Positions 1 through 10,315 of a stretch of 64,000 nucleotides of DNA are shown here, piece after piece. Origin of the DNA: Gammaproteobacteria bacterium (GTDB lineage Bacteria > Pseudomonadota > Gammaproteobacteria > Ga0077536); contig JAIEQK010000018.1 of NCBI GenBank assembly GCA_019747795.1, positions 415 through 64,414 on the forward strand, in the 5' to 3' direction. The stretch's first letter is position 1, and each line of letters begins with the position of its first letter. The notes under the pieces are model-generated. The model had not been told where the DNA came from. It saw nothing but the letters and a program-made list of their open reading frames with translations, and ran no database searches. The position numbers were made by a program, and so were the translations under genes.

Positions 1-40
1 AACGCGGCGACGGGCAACGCGTCGGGCGCGCGCTCCGCGC

Positions 41-2089
41 TCACTTCACGCGCATGCCGGGCTCGGCGCCGCTGTCGGCCGCGAGCAGGAAGATGTCGGC
101 GCCGCCTGGTCCGGCGGCCAGCACCATGCCCTCCGACACGCCGAAGCGCATCTTGCGCGGCGCGAGGTTGGCGACCATCACCACCAGGCGCCCGACCAGC
201 TGCTCGGGCGCGTAGGCGGCCTTGATGCCGGCGAACACGTTGCGCGTCTCGCTGCCGATGTCGAGCGTCAGCTGCACGAGCTTGTCGGCGCCCTCCACCG
301 GCCTGGCCTCGACGACTCGCGCGATGCGCAGGTCGACCTTGGCGAAATCGTCGATGGAGATCTGCGCCTCGATGGGCGCGCTCGCGGCGACCGGCGCGCT
401 GGGGGCCGCGGTGCTGGTGGTGGCGACGGCCGGCTGGCCGTCCTTGCTGGCGTCGATCATGCGCGTGATTCTCTCCCGCTCGACCCGCTGCATGAGCGGC
501 TCGAACTTGTTGATGACGGCGCCGAGCGGCGTCGCCGCCGCGTCGGCCCAGGTGAGCGCGCCGCCGCCGAGGAAGGCCTCGGCGCGGGCAGCGGTCGCCG
601 GCAGCACCGGCTTGAGATAGATGAGCAGCAGGCGGAACAGGAAGATGCCCATGCTGCACACCGCCTGCAGTTCGTCGTCGCGCGTCGCATCCTTGGCGAT
701 GACCCAGGGCGCGCGCCGGTCGATGTACTGGTTGGCGCGATCGGCCAGCGCCATGATCTCACGCATCGCGCGCCCGTACTCGCGCGCCTCGTAGGCGGCC
801 GCGATGCCATCCTGCGCGGCCTGCAGCTCGGCGACCAGCTCGGCGTCGTCGAGGCGCGCGGCGAGGCGGCCATCGAAACGCTTGGTGATGAAGCCCGCGC
901 AGCGGCTCGCGATGTTGACTATCTTGCCGACCAGGTCGGAATTGACCCGCGCCTCGAAGTCCTCGAGGTTCAGATCGATATCCTCGATGGCCGAGCCGAG
1001 CTTGGCCGCGAAGTAGTAGCGCAGGTACTCCGGGTTCAGATGATCGAGATAGGTCCGCGCGGTGATGAAGGTGCCGCGCGACTTCGACATCTTGAGCCCG
1101 TCGACTGTCAGGAAGCCGTGCACGAACACGTTGGTCGGCAGGCGGAAGCCCGCGCCGGACAGCATCGCCGGCCAGAACAGCGTGTGGAAATACATGATGT
1201 CCTTGCCGATGAAGTGGTACATCTCGGCAGGGCTGTCCGGGCGGGTGAAGTGCTCGAAGTCGAGCCCCGTGCGCTCGCACAGGTTCTTGAAGCTCGCGAA
1301 GTAGCCGATGGGGGCGTCCAGCCACACGTAGAAATACTTGCCCGGCTGGTCGGGGACCTCGAAGCCGAAATAGGGCGCGTCGCGCGAGATGTCCCAGTCC
1401 TGCAGTCCCGCCTCGAACCACTCGTTCAGCTTGTTGACGATGCCGCTCTGGAGGGCGTGCTCGGCGAGCCAGCGGCGCAGCACGCCTTCGAACTCGCCCA
1501 GGCGAAAGAAGAGATGCTCGGACTCGCGCAGCTCCGGCGTCACCCCGGACAGGGCCGAGACGGGGTCGATCAGATCGGTCGGCGCATAGGTGGCCCCGCA
1601 CACCTCGCAGCTGTCGCCATACTGGTCCGGCGCCTTGCAGCGCGGGCAGGTGCCGCGGATGAAGCGGTCGGGCAGGAACATCTGCTTGACCGGGTCGTAG
1701 GCCTGGCGAATGGCGCGCTTCGCGATGTAGCCCCCATCGCGCAGCCGCGCGTAGATCAGCTCCGCGATGGCGCGGTTCTCGGGCGAGTGCGTCGAGTAGT
1801 AGTTGTCGAACGCGATGTTGAAGTCGGCGAAATCCTGCTGGTGGGCCGCGCCGATGCGCGCGATGAGCGCCTCGGGCGTGATGCCCTCCTGCTCGGCGCG
1901 CAACATGATGGGTGTGCCATGGGCGTCGTCGGCGCACACGTAGTGGCACTCGTGGCCGCGCAGCTTCTGGAAGCGCACCCAGATGTCGGTCTGGATGTAT
2001 TCCACCAGGTGGCCGATGTGGATCGGACCATTGGCGTAGGGCAGCGCGCTGGTCACCAGGATCTGTCGACGGGCGGCGGTCATGACCAT
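41..2089 (-). CDS. metG: Methionine--tRNA ligase with C-terminal tRNA-binding domain
   Basis: 682-aa ORF. Class I HIGH motif ([12 protein letters not shown]), KMSKS motif (LKMSKSRG), Zn knuckle CPRC...CEVC, and a C-terminal [11 protein letters not shown]...GMRVK tRNA-binding domain. Confidence 0.97.
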   Translation of the reverse strand: MVMTAARRQILVTSALPYANGPIHIGHLVEYIQTDIWVRFQKLRGHECHYVCADDAHGTPIMLRAEQEGITPEALIARIGAAHQQDFADFNIAFDNYYSTHSPENRAIAELIYARLRDGGYIAKRAIRQAYDPVKQMFLPDRFIRGTCPRCKAPDQYGDSCEVCGATYAPTDLIDPVSALSGVTPELRESEHLFFRLGEFEGVLRRWLAEHALQSGIVNKLNEWFEAGLQDWDISRDAPYFGFEVPDQPGKYFYVWLDAPIGYFASFKNLCERTGLDFEHFTRPDSPAEMYHFIGKDIMYFHTLFWPAMLSGAGFRLPTNVFVHGFLTVDGLKMSKSRGTFITARTYLDHLNPEYLRYYFAAKLGSAIEDIDLNLEDFEARVNSDLVGKIVNIASRCAGFITKRFDGRLAARLDDAELVAELQAAQDGIAAAYEAREYGRAMREIMALADRANQYIDRRAPWVIAKDATRDDELQAVCSMGIFLFRLLLIYLKPVLPATAARAEAFLGGGALTWADAAATPLGAVINKFEPLMQRVERERITRMIDASKDGQPAVATTSTAAPSAPVAASAPIEAQISIDDFAKVDLRIARVVEARPVEGADKLVQLTLDIGSETRNVFAGIKAAYAPEQLVGRLVVMVANLAPRKMRFGVSEGMVLAAGPGGADIFLLAADSGAEPGMRVK

Positions 2090-2203
2090 GCAAACACCAG
2101 GGAAAAATCGAGGCCGGGATTATAGGGACCAGCGGCGGGCGCGGCCACGCGTTCGTCGCCGCGTCGTGTAGAATTCGGGCCTTCCCCGCAGACCAAGCCC
2201 ACC

Positions 2204-3286
2204 ATGAACGACATCGAGCAACGCATACGCGCCGCGCTGGGCGCCGACATCGACCCCTGGCTGGGGCAGGACCTCGTCACCGCCGGCGCGGTGACCGCCA
2301 TCGACACCAGCGTGAACCCGCCACGGGTGAAGCTGGAACTCGGCTTTCCGGTCGCGCGCTACGCCGCCGAACTGGAAGCGCGCCTGGCCGCCGCGCTCGG
2401 CGCCGCGGGTCTCGCGGCGAGCTTCGACATCAGCGCGAAAATAGTCGCGCGCGAGGTGCAGAAGGGCACCAAGCCGCTGCCTCAGATCAAGAACATCATC
2501 GCCATCGCCTCGGGCAAGGGCGGGGTCGGCAAGTCGACTACCGCGGCCAACCTGGCGCTGGCCCTGCAGCAGGAAGGCGCCAAGGTCGGCGTGCTGGACG
2601 CCGACATCTACGGCCCGAGTCAGCCTCGCATGCTGGCGAGCCAGGGCCGCCCCGAGAGCCGCGACGGCAAGTCCATGGAGCCGCGTGTCAGCTACGGGCT
2701 GCAGACCATCTCGATCGGCAACCTGATCGAAGAAGACACGCCCATGATCTGGCGTGGCCCGATGGTCACCGGCGCGCTCGAGCAGCTGCTGTCCGACACC
2801 AACTGGCAGGACCTCGACTACCTGGTCATCGACCTGCCGCCCGGCACCGGCGACATCCAGCTGACGCTGTGCCAGAAGATCCCTGTGTCGGGCGCTGTGA
2901 TCGTCACCACGCCCCAGGACATCGCGCTGCTCGACGCGCGCAAGGCGCTCAAGATGTTCGAGAAGGTCAACGTGCCGGTGCTCGGCATCGTCGAGAACAT
3001 GAGCGTGCACATCTGCAGCCAGTGCGGGCACGCCGAGCACATCTTCGGCGCCGGCGGCGGCGAGTCCATGTCCAAGCAGTACGGCGTCGACCTCATCGGC
3101 TCGCTGCCGCTCGACATCGCGATCCGCGAGGGCGTCGACAACGGGCGGCCGACCGTCGCGCTGCAGCCGGACTCCAAGGTCTCAGGGATGTACCGCGACA
3201 TCGCGCGGCGCGTGGCGGCCAAGCTCGCGCTCCGCGCGCGGGACTTCACCGCCCGCTTCCCGAAGATCGTCATCCAGAACACCTGA
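2204..3286 (+). CDS. apbC: Fe-S cluster carrier ATPase (Mrp/ApbC/NBP35 family)
   Basis: 360 aa. Deviant Walker [12 protein letters not shown] and a CSQCGH cluster-ligand motif. Divergent from metG, as in many proteobacteria. Confidence 0.93.
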   Translation: MNDIEQRIRAALGADIDPWLGQDLVTAGAVTAIDTSVNPPRVKLELGFPVARYAAELEARLAAALGAAGLAASFDISAKIVAREVQKGTKPLPQIKNIIAIASGKGGVGKSTTAANLALALQQEGAKVGVLDADIYGPSQPRMLASQGRPESRDGKSMEPRVSYGLQTISIGNLIEEDTPMIWRGPMVTGALEQLLSDTNWQDLDYLVIDLPPGTGDIQLTLCQKIPVSGAVIVTTPQDIALLDARKALKMFEKVNVPVLGIVENMSVHICSQCGHAEHIFGAGGGESMSKQYGVDLIGSLPLDIAIREGVDNGRPTVALQPDSKVSGMYRDIARRVAAKLALRARDFTARFPKIVIQNT

Positions 3287-3302
3287 GCGGGAGAGCGCGC
3301 GC

Positions 3303-3869
3303 GTGCCGGTCAAATCCGACGCCTGGATCAGGCGCATGGCGGCGAGCCACGGGCTCATCGAGCCCTTCGAGCCGGGCCAGGTGCGCGAGGTCGACGGCCA
3401 CAAGGTCATCTCCTTCGGCACCTCGAGCTACGGCTACGATCTGCGCTGCGCGCCCGAGTTCAAGATCTTCACCAACATCAACGCGACCATCGTCGATCCG
3501 AAGAACTTCGACTCCGCGAGCTTCGTCGACGTGCATAGCGACGTGTGCGTGATCCCGCCCAATTCCTTCGCGCTCGCGCGCACGGTGGAGTACTTCCGCA
3601 TCCCGCGCGACATCCTCACCATCTGCCTGGGCAAGTCTACCTACGCGCGCTGCGGCATCATCGTCAACGTCACGCCCCTGGAGCCTGAGTGGGAAGGTCA
3701 CGTGACGCTCGAGTTCTCCAATACCACGCCCCTGCCCGCGAAGATCTACGCCAACGAAGGCGTGGCACAGGTCATCTTCCTGCAGTCTGACGAACCCTGC
3801 GAAGTGTCCTACCGCGACCGCGGCGGCAAGTACCAGGGCCAGTTGGGCGTCACGCTGCCCAAGGCCTGA
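3303..3869 (+). CDS. dcd: dCTP deaminase
   Basis: 188 aa with a GTG start. N-terminus [19 protein letters not shown] and the rest are collinear with Dcd. Confidence 0.93.
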   Translation: MPVKSDAWIRRMAASHGLIEPFEPGQVREVDGHKVISFGTSSYGYDLRCAPEFKIFTNINATIVDPKNFDSASFVDVHSDVCVIPPNSFALARTVEYFRIPRDILTICLGKSTYARCGIIVNVTPLEPEWEGHVTLEFSNTTPLPAKIYANEGVAQVIFLQSDEPCEVSYRDRGGKYQGQLGVTLPKA

Positions 3870-3878
3870 GGCCCTTCC

Positions 3879-4463
3879 TCAGGATCGCAGGTCGCGCTCG
3901 CGGCGCAGCGCCTCGGCCTGGCGTCTGAGCAGGTGCGCGAGGATCAGGTCGCGATCTTCTTCTCGCAGGGTGTCGAACTCGACGTGCACCGCAAACTCGT
4001 CGCCCCGCGGGCGACAGTCCACCACGCGCCCCACGGCGCGGACCGCGGCATTCTCCGGCAGCAGCACCAGGTCGATGGCGAGCCAGGTGAGCACGGTGAG
4101 GGGCGAGGTCGCTGTCAGCGCGACACCACCGCCGCCCAGGTTGACCACGGTCGGTTCGTGCTCGCGCCAGGTGCCGCCGCCCTCCGCGCCCTGCTCGAGG
4201 GCCAGCACGCTGGCGACCAGGCCGAGCTTGCGGTTCAGCACGTCGAGCGCGTCGGCCAGCGCGCGGCCCTCGCGGCGCACGGCCGGCAGCAGTTCGGCGA
4301 AGCGCCGCTCGAGCGGCTCGAGGGCAAGCGCGAGGTTCGCCGCGTGCAGGGCGTGGGACGCGACGCGCGCGCGAGCCGTGGCCAGTTCCTCTTCCGCCAC
4401 CACCCGGTACTTCAGGAGCGCGGTGTCTTCAAGGCGGAAATAGCGGCGTCTCTCGGTGGTCAA
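3879..4463 (-). CDS. PilZ-domain (c-di-GMP binding) protein
   Basis: RRxxxR-type motif (ERRRYFR) and a [DN]xSxxG-like motif (NLGGGG). I place the start at TTG 4463-4461, 8 nt after GAGGAG (4472-4477). The 226-aa track ORF adds an Arg/Pro-rich N-terminus that looks like read-through. Confidence 0.7.
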   Translation of the reverse strand: MTTERRRYFRLEDTALLKYRVVAEEELATARARVASHALHAANLALALEPLERRFAELLPAVRREGRALADALDVLNRKLGLVASVLALEQGAEGGGTWREHEPTVVNLGGGGVALTATSPLTVLTWLAIDLVLLPENAAVRAVGRVVDCRPRGDEFAVHVEFDTLREEDRDLILAHLLRRQAEALRRERDLRS

Positions 4464-4611
4464 GGCAAACTCTCCTCGGGCGCGGCCTGGCGGTAGACGG
4501 CGCCGACGGCCTGGGTAGCGGCCGCGCGCGGGTCGAAGCACAGTCCGCCGGTCGCCCATTGCTATACTCGCGGGCCCTTCCCGATCTGGCCAGCCTCAGG
4601 CGCGCGACGCG

Positions 4612-6015
4612 ATGGACTACCTGCCGATTTTCCTCTCGCTGCGCGCTCGCCCCTGCCTGCTGGTGGGCGGCGGCGGCGTCGCGGAACGCAAGCTCGCGCT
4701 CTTGCGCGCGGCCGGCGCGCGGGTCACGGTGGTGGCGCCGCACGTGGGCGAGGAGATCGCGCGCCTCGCCGCGCGGGGCGAGATCGAACTTACCCCGCGG
4801 GCCTTCGACGCCGAGGACGTGCGCGGCATGGCGCTGGTCATCGCCGCCACCGACCAGGACGAGGTCAATCGCGCGGTCGCCGCCGCGGCCGAGGCAGCCG
4901 GCGTGCCGGTGAACGTGGTCGACCAGCCCGGGCTCGGCAACGTCGTGATGCCTTCCATCGTCGATCGCTCGCCGGTCGTCATCGCCATCGGCACGGGCGG
5001 CAACGCGCCGGTCCTCGCGCGCATGCTGCGCGCCAAGCTCGAATCCCTCATTCCGCAGGCCTACGGCGAACTCGCTGGCCTGCTCGGCTCGCTGCGCGGA
5101 CGCGTGCGCGCGGCCCTGCCCGACGGCACGGCGCGGCGGCGCTTCTGGGAACGGACGTTGGAAGGACCGGCCGCGGAGCTCCTGTTCGCCGGACGCCGCG
5201 ACGAAGCGCTGGCCGCCATCGAGCGCAGCCTCGCGCGGAGCGACGCGGCTGGCCCCAACGAAGGCGAGGTCTATCTCATCGGCACCGGTCCGGGCGATCC
5301 GGACCTGCTCAGCTTTCGCGCGCTGCGTCTCATGCAGAGCGCCGACGTGGTGGTCTACGACCGACTGGTGGGCGAGACCATCGTCGACCTCGCGCGGCGC
5401 GACGCCGAGCGCATCTATGTCGGCAAGGCGCCCGACCGGCATGCGCTGTCGCAGGACGAAATCAACCAGCTCCTGGTGCGCCTGGCGCGCGCCGGCAAGC
5501 GTGCGGCGCGACTGAAGGGCGGCGACCCCTTCGTGTTCGGCCGCGGCGGCGAGGAGATCGAGACCCTGGCGGCGGCCGGCGTGCATTTCCAGGTGGTGCC
5601 GGGGATCACCGCCGCGCTCGGTTGCGCGGCCTACGCGGGCATTCCGCTCACGCACCGCGACCTGGCGCACGCCTGCACTTTCGTCACAGGTCACCGCCGC
5701 GCCGACGGCAGCGAGCCAGACTGGGCCGCCCTCGCCCGCCCGCAGCACACCCTGGTGGTGTACATGGGCGCGGCGGCGCTGGCGGAGATCTGCGCCAAGC
5801 TGCAGGCGGCAGGCGTGCCGCCCACCCTGCCGGCGGCCATCGTCGAACGCGGCACGACGCAGGCACAGCGCGTCATCACCGCGACGCTCGCGACGCTCAC
5901 CGAGCAAGGCAAAGCGGCCGTGGTGCGGCCACCCGCGCTGCTGATCTTCGGGGAGGTGGTGCGCCTGCGCGAGCAGCTCGCCTGGTTCGAACAGACCGCC
6001 CCGAGGCACGACTGA
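4612..6015 (+). CDS. cysG: Siroheme synthase (precorrin-2 dehydrogenase/ferrochelatase plus uroporphyrinogen-III C-methyltransferase)
   Basis: 467 aa. N-terminal NAD fold LLVGGGGVAERK and a C-terminal SUMT motif VYLIGTGPGDPDLLSFRA. Confidence 0.93.
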   Translation: MDYLPIFLSLRARPCLLVGGGGVAERKLALLRAAGARVTVVAPHVGEEIARLAARGEIELTPRAFDAEDVRGMALVIAATDQDEVNRAVAAAAEAAGVPVNVVDQPGLGNVVMPSIVDRSPVVIAIGTGGNAPVLARMLRAKLESLIPQAYGELAGLLGSLRGRVRAALPDGTARRRFWERTLEGPAAELLFAGRRDEALAAIERSLARSDAAGPNEGEVYLIGTGPGDPDLLSFRALRLMQSADVVVYDRLVGETIVDLARRDAERIYVGKAPDRHALSQDEINQLLVRLARAGKRAARLKGGDPFVFGRGGEEIETLAAAGVHFQVVPGITAALGCAAYAGIPLTHRDLAHACTFVTGHRRADGSEPDWAALARPQHTLVVYMGAAALAEICAKLQAAGVPPTLPAAIVERGTTQAQRVITATLATLTEQGKAAVVRPPALLIFGEVVRLREQLAWFEQTAPRHD

Positions 6016-6156
6016 GCGATTTCGTCCGCTCGAAGCAGGGGCTATGATTCGGCGAGGCCTCGGCGCCCAGACATAAAGATTCCGCCCCGCTTGCCGCCAA
6101 CCGGGGTTGCGCCGGGATGATGCCGGCGCGCAGTTCTGACAGCCAGGAGAAGTCTA

Positions 6157-6849
6157 GTGAGGGTCGCACTGCTGGAAGATGATCAGGACCAGGCAGCACT
6201 TTTCACCGAGTGGTTGAAGGCGGCCGGGCACACCTGCGAACACTTCGACGCGGGCAAGTCCTTCGTCCGCAACATCAAGCACGACAGCTATGACGCGCTC
6301 ATCCTGGACTGGATGGTGCCCGACATGGATGGTTTCGAAGTGCTGCGCTGGGTACGCGAGAATTTCGACTGGCCGATACCGGTGGTGTTCGTCACGGCCC
6401 GCGACGACGAGGACGACATCGTTCGCGCGCTGGAACAGGGCGCCGACGACTACGTGGTCAAGCCGGCCAAGCAGCGGGAGCTGGTGGCCCGCCTGACGGC
6501 CGTGGTGCGGCGCGCGGCGTCGGTCGACGAGAGCCAGACGACCATCGAGCAGGAACCCTTCCTGATCGATCTCGGCAACCACCAGATCCAGCGCGGCGGC
6601 GAACGTATCGACGTGACCCAGAAGGAGTACGAACTCATCGTGTTCCTGTTCCGCAACGTCGGACGAGTGATGTCACGCGCGCACATCCTGGAAAGCGTGT
6701 GGGGCCGCAACCCCGACATCAACACCCGCACGGTGGATACTCACGTGAGCCGCATCCGCTCGAAGCTCGCGCTGGCCCCGGAAATGGGCTGGAAGCTCTC
6801 CTCCATCTACCAGCACGGCTACCGGCTGGAGAAGACCGCCGGGATCTGA
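6157..6849 (+). CDS. OmpR/PhoB-family response regulator; no cognate kinase in the window
   Basis: 230 aa, GTG start after AGGAGAAG. Receiver residues are EDD, D in ILDWMVPDMDG, T in VFVTA and K in VVKPA. C-terminal winged helix (TRTVDTHVSRIRSKL...GYRL). Confidence 0.9.
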   Translation: MRVALLEDDQDQAALFTEWLKAAGHTCEHFDAGKSFVRNIKHDSYDALILDWMVPDMDGFEVLRWVRENFDWPIPVVFVTARDDEDDIVRALEQGADDYVVKPAKQRELVARLTAVVRRAASVDESQTTIEQEPFLIDLGNHQIQRGGERIDVTQKEYELIVFLFRNVGRVMSRAHILESVWGRNPDINTRTVDTHVSRIRSKLALAPEMGWKLSSIYQHGYRLEKTAGI

Positions 6850-6883
6850 GCCCGGTCACGCCCTGTCGGGCCTGGCACCGGGC

Positions 6884-6939
6884 AAAAAAAAGCTCGGTGT
6901 CGCCCTGGGGTTGGGGGGGGGGACGGGCGTCCACCGAGC
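6884..6939 (-). terminator. Intrinsic terminator for a minus-strand transcript
   Basis: On the minus strand, GCTCGGTG..CGCCC / GGGCG..CACCGAGC form 8+5 bp stems (6892-6939). They are followed directly by T8, which is the A8 run at 6884-6891 on the plus strand. The loop contains a C10/G10 homopolymer (6913-6922). Confidence 0.75.
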
Positions 6940-7381
6940 GCGTCAAACGGATTGGTTGGGGGTTCAATCCTACGACTTGTGGGCAAGTCTAGGAGCCGGA
7001 TCCGGCCCCTGCTGTGACTACAATCACAACCGCCGCGCGCCCGCGCCGTAAGCGCAAGCGCGGCACGAGCGGCGCTAAGGATCCTGGTCGAAATCATCTC
7101 TACATTCGGCCGCACCTGGCCGGCCGTGGCAGCGTTGCAATTCTTGGCAACAGCTTCGCTATTGCCCACGAATCGCGCCTTGCCACGACCACCCAGGCGC
7201 ACCCTCGGTGTTGACGAGATAATCTTGACCAGGGTCCTGACAGGCTGGTGAAAAACTACTGCGCTCGTCATTTTGCTTCCCGGCGGTGCTCGGAATCCTC
7301 ACGTCGGCCCCATACGCTGCGGTTCCTCCGCGCCGGCGTGAACGCAAACTGCCGTCGCTCGCGACGTTCTTCTAAAGCCTG

Positions 7382-8308
7382 CTAACTCGACGTCGGCAGG
7401 CCCGCCGTTTCATCACGTCCCCACAGCCACGCCGCGCCGCGCACCCCGCTGCTGTCGCCGTGGCTCGCGACCACCACGCGCGTGTCACAAGTCGGTCCGA
7501 ACACGTAGGGCGGCAGGCGCGCCTGCACTCGCGCGGCGATCTCCGGGAGGTTGGACAGTCCGCCGCCCAGCACCACCACCTCCGGATCGAAGACGTTGAT
7601 GATGGTCCCGAGCGCGCATGCCAGCTGGTCGGCGTGCCGATCCAGCACGGCGAGCGCCTGCGCCTCCCCGCTCGCGGCGGCGGCCGCGATCTCCTTCACG
7701 TTCGCACGCTGCGCGGGCCCGAGTTCGTTGTAGGTCTGGGTGAGACCCGGTCCCGACAGGTAGGTCTCGATGCAGTCGCTGCGCCCGCAGTAGCAGGGCC
7801 GCCCACCCTCGGCCGAGCGCGGCCAGGGCACCGGGTTGTGGCCCCATTCGCCGGCGATGGCGTTGACACCGCGTATCGGCGCGCCACCCAATACCAGTCC
7901 GCCGCCGCAGCCGGTGCCGACGATCACGCCGAACACGCTGTGCGCGCCGGCAGCGGCGCCGTCCGCGGCCTCCGAGACCACGAAGCAGTTGGCGTCGTTC
8001 TCGAGTCGTACCGGGCGCCCGAGCCGCGTGGCGAGGTCGGCCTCGAGCGGCTGCCCGATCAGGCACACCGTGTTCGCGTTCTTCACGAGCCCGGTGGCCG
8101 GCGAGGCCGCACCGGGAATGCCGACGCCGACCGTGCCCTGCGCGCCCAGCGTGCGTTCGACGTAGCGCACCAGTTCGGCGATGGCATCACAGATTGCGTG
8201 GTAATCGTGGCGCGGCGTATCGACGCGGCGCCGGAGCACCACGCGATCCTGCTCATCGAGCACCGCCACTTCGATCTTCGTTCCGCCCAGGTCGACACCA
8301 ATGCGCAT
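7382..8308 (-). CDS. ROK-family sugar kinase (glucokinase / N-acetylglucosamine kinase type)
   Basis: 308 aa. N-terminal DLGGTK phosphate-binding motif and the ROK Zn motif [15 protein letters not shown]. Confidence 0.88.
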   Translation of the reverse strand: MRIGVDLGGTKIEVAVLDEQDRVVLRRRVDTPRHDYHAICDAIAELVRYVERTLGAQGTVGVGIPGAASPATGLVKNANTVCLIGQPLEADLATRLGRPVRLENDANCFVVSEAADGAAAGAHSVFGVIVGTGCGGGLVLGGAPIRGVNAIAGEWGHNPVPWPRSAEGGRPCYCGRSDCIETYLSGPGLTQTYNELGPAQRANVKEIAAAAASGEAQALAVLDRHADQLACALGTIINVFDPEVVVLGGGLSNLPEIAARVQARLPPYVFGPTCDTRVVVASHGDSSGVRGAAWLWGRDETAGLPTSS

Positions 8309-8428
8309 CGTCAGGCCTCTCTCGGCGCTATGTCAGTCTCCGCATGCTACTGTAGAATTCCGCCGCCGCCGGGCCCGTGCCCGAGCGCGCAGACACTGCA
8401 AGAATCTTCGCCTGCCGAGACCCTCAGT

Positions 8429-9694
8429 ATGATTACAGAAGCCGGTTACCAGCGTCACAAGACCGTGCCCGTGCAGGTCGGCGACATCACGGTGGGCGGC
8501 GATGCGCCGGTGGTGGTGCAGTCGATGACCAACACCGACACCGCCGACGCGGTGGGCACCGCCAAGCAGGTGCAGGCGCTGGCCGCCGCCGGGTCCGAAG
8601 TCGTGCGCATCACGGTCAACACCGAGGAGGCAGCGCGCCAGGTGCCGCGCATCCGCGAACTGCTGGACCTGACCGGCTGCCGCGTGCCGCTGGTCGGCGA
8701 CTTCCACTACAACGGCCACACCCTGCTCACCAAGTATCCCGAATGCGCGCAGGCGCTGGCCAAGTACCGCATCAATCCGGGCAACGTCGGCTTCGGCCGC
8801 AAGAAGGACGACCAGTTCGCGACCATGATCGAGGTCGCCCTGAAGCGCGAGAAGCCGGTGCGCATCGGCGTCAACTGGGGCAGCCTGGACCCCGCGCTCA
8901 TCGCGCAGATGATGGACGCCAACGCCGCGCTGCCGCAGCCGCGCGACGCCCGCGAGGTGACGCGCGAAGCGCTGATCGTGTCGGCGCTGAACAGCGCGGC
9001 CAAGGCCGAAGAGATCGGCATGCCGCGCAACCGCATCGTCCTGTCCTGCAAGGTCAGCGACGTGCAGGATCTGATCGCCGTCTACACTGAACTCGCGCGT
9101 CGCTGCGACTACGCGCTGCACCTCGGCCTGACCGAGGCGGGCATGGGCTCCAAGGGCATGGTCGCCTCGGCGGCGGCCATGGGCGTGCTGCTCCAACGCG
9201 GCATCGGCGACACCATCCGCGTGTCGCTCACGCCGCAGCCGGGCGGCGATCGCACCCAGGAGGTGGTGGTCGCGCAGGAACTCCTGCAGACCATGGGCCT
9301 GCGTTCCTTCACGCCGCTGGTCACCGCCTGCCCCGGCTGCGGGCGCACCACCAGCACCGTGTTCCAGGAACTCGCCGAGGACATCCAGGCCTACGTGCGC
9401 ACCCAGATGCCGGCCTGGCGCAAGGTCTACCCGGGCGTGGAATCGATGTCGCTCGCGGTGATGGGCTGCGTCGTCAACGGGCCGGGGGAGAGCAAGCACG
9501 CCGACATCGGCATCAGCCTGCCTGGTACCGGCGAGGCACCATCGGCGCCGGTGTTCGTGGACGGTGAGAAGTTCACCACCCTGCGCGGCGACAACATCGC
9601 CAACGAGTTCAAGGCCATCCTCGACGACTACGTGCGCAAGCGCTACAGCCAGGATGCGCGCGCCGCGAGCGGAGAAGACGCCTCGGCCGCGTGA
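8429..9694 (+). CDS. ispG: 4-hydroxy-3-methylbut-2-en-1-yl diphosphate synthase
   Basis: Start taken at ATG 8429 ([18 protein letters not shown]...). Contains [11 protein letters not shown] plus Fe-S cysteines in [10 protein letters not shown] and [11 protein letters not shown]. The 744-aa track ORF is an upstream read-through antisense to the ROK gene. Confidence 0.93.
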   Translation: MITEAGYQRHKTVPVQVGDITVGGDAPVVVQSMTNTDTADAVGTAKQVQALAAAGSEVVRITVNTEEAARQVPRIRELLDLTGCRVPLVGDFHYNGHTLLTKYPECAQALAKYRINPGNVGFGRKKDDQFATMIEVALKREKPVRIGVNWGSLDPALIAQMMDANAALPQPRDAREVTREALIVSALNSAAKAEEIGMPRNRIVLSCKVSDVQDLIAVYTELARRCDYALHLGLTEAGMGSKGMVASAAAMGVLLQRGIGDTIRVSLTPQPGGDRTQEVVVAQELLQTMGLRSFTPLVTACPGCGRTTSTVFQELAEDIQAYVRTQMPAWRKVYPGVESMSLAVMGCVVNGPGESKHADIGISLPGTGEAPSAPVFVDGEKFTTLRGDNIANEFKAILDDYVRKRYSQDARAASGEDASAA

Positions 9695-9768
9695 AGTCGT
9701 GTCACCGTGAAGCGCGCGCGCCGCGGTGCGCGCGACGCGTGAACGAGCGGCGAAGGCCTACCTGAGTC

Positions 9769-10305
9769 ATGCGCGGCGCCGTACTCACGCTGTTCAGCGC
9801 CTTCGGCAGGATCTGCCTGTTCCGCATCGGCCCACAGGACCTGCCGCGCTCGACCGCTCTGCTGCTGGTCGCGACGCTCGCCAACGCGGGCTTCTCGCTG
9901 CTCATCTACCAGCTCGAGGCGCCGTTTCCCGCCGCGCTGTTCAAAGCGCTGCTGAAGGCCCTGCTGGAAGTCGCGGTGCTCTACACGCTGACCTACGCGC
10001 TGTTGTTCCTGATGTCCTACGGCCGGCGCTTCGTGCAGACCATGACGGCGCTGATGGGCAGCGGCGCGATTCTCGGGGCGGTGGCGCTGGCCACCATGCT
10101 GCTCGCGCCGGTGCTGCCGGCGGAGGTCGGGCTGGCGATGTTGCGCGTCAACTTCTTCCTGAACCTGCTGATCATCGCCCACGTGCTGCGCCACGCGGTC
10201 GGCACCTTCTTCCTGGTCGGACTGCTGTTCGCCTTCGGCTACGCGCTCCTGCTGAACAAGTTCTTTCGCTTCGCCGACGCCCTGCTCGGCCTTGGCACCA
10301 CCTGA
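9769..10305 (+). CDS. Hypothetical integral membrane protein
   Basis: 178 aa with several hydrophobic helices and good GC3 bias. I recognised no family motif. Confidence 0.6.
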   Translation: MRGAVLTLFSAFGRICLFRIGPQDLPRSTALLLVATLANAGFSLLIYQLEAPFPAALFKALLKALLEVAVLYTLTYALLFLMSYGRRFVQTMTALMGSGAILGAVALATMLLAPVLPAEVGLAMLRVNFFLNLLIIAHVLRHAVGTFFLVGLLFAFGYALLLNKFFRFADALLGLGTT

Positions 10306-10315
10306 GCGCGGGACC

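Noticed and set aside
6950-6985. A tRNA-like T-arm (GGGGGTTCAATCCTAC).
   Set aside because: The flanking bases do not pair into a T-stem (GGGGG versus CCTAC). No acceptor, D or anticodon arms can be drawn on either strand.
6884-7320. A tmRNA (ssrA) gene on the minus strand, suggested by GGGGCCGACGTGAGGATTCCGAGC and GCAAAATGACGAGCGC.
   Set aside because: I could find no 3' tRNA-like domain (T-arm GGTTCGA-type loop, CGGCCCC acceptor strand, CCA). I also found no short tag ORF ending in a hydrophobic tail plus stop. The only frame continuing from the ANDER-like start runs 37 codons. It is kept as an unexplained ncRNA candidate instead.
6850-7381. RNase P RNA, 6S RNA, SRP RNA or a Csr/Rsm-type GGA sponge.
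   Set aside because: The stretch has no GGAAAGTCCGGGC-type RNase P core and no GGAAGCAGCC SRP motif. The count of GGA motifs is about what is expected by chance for this length and composition.
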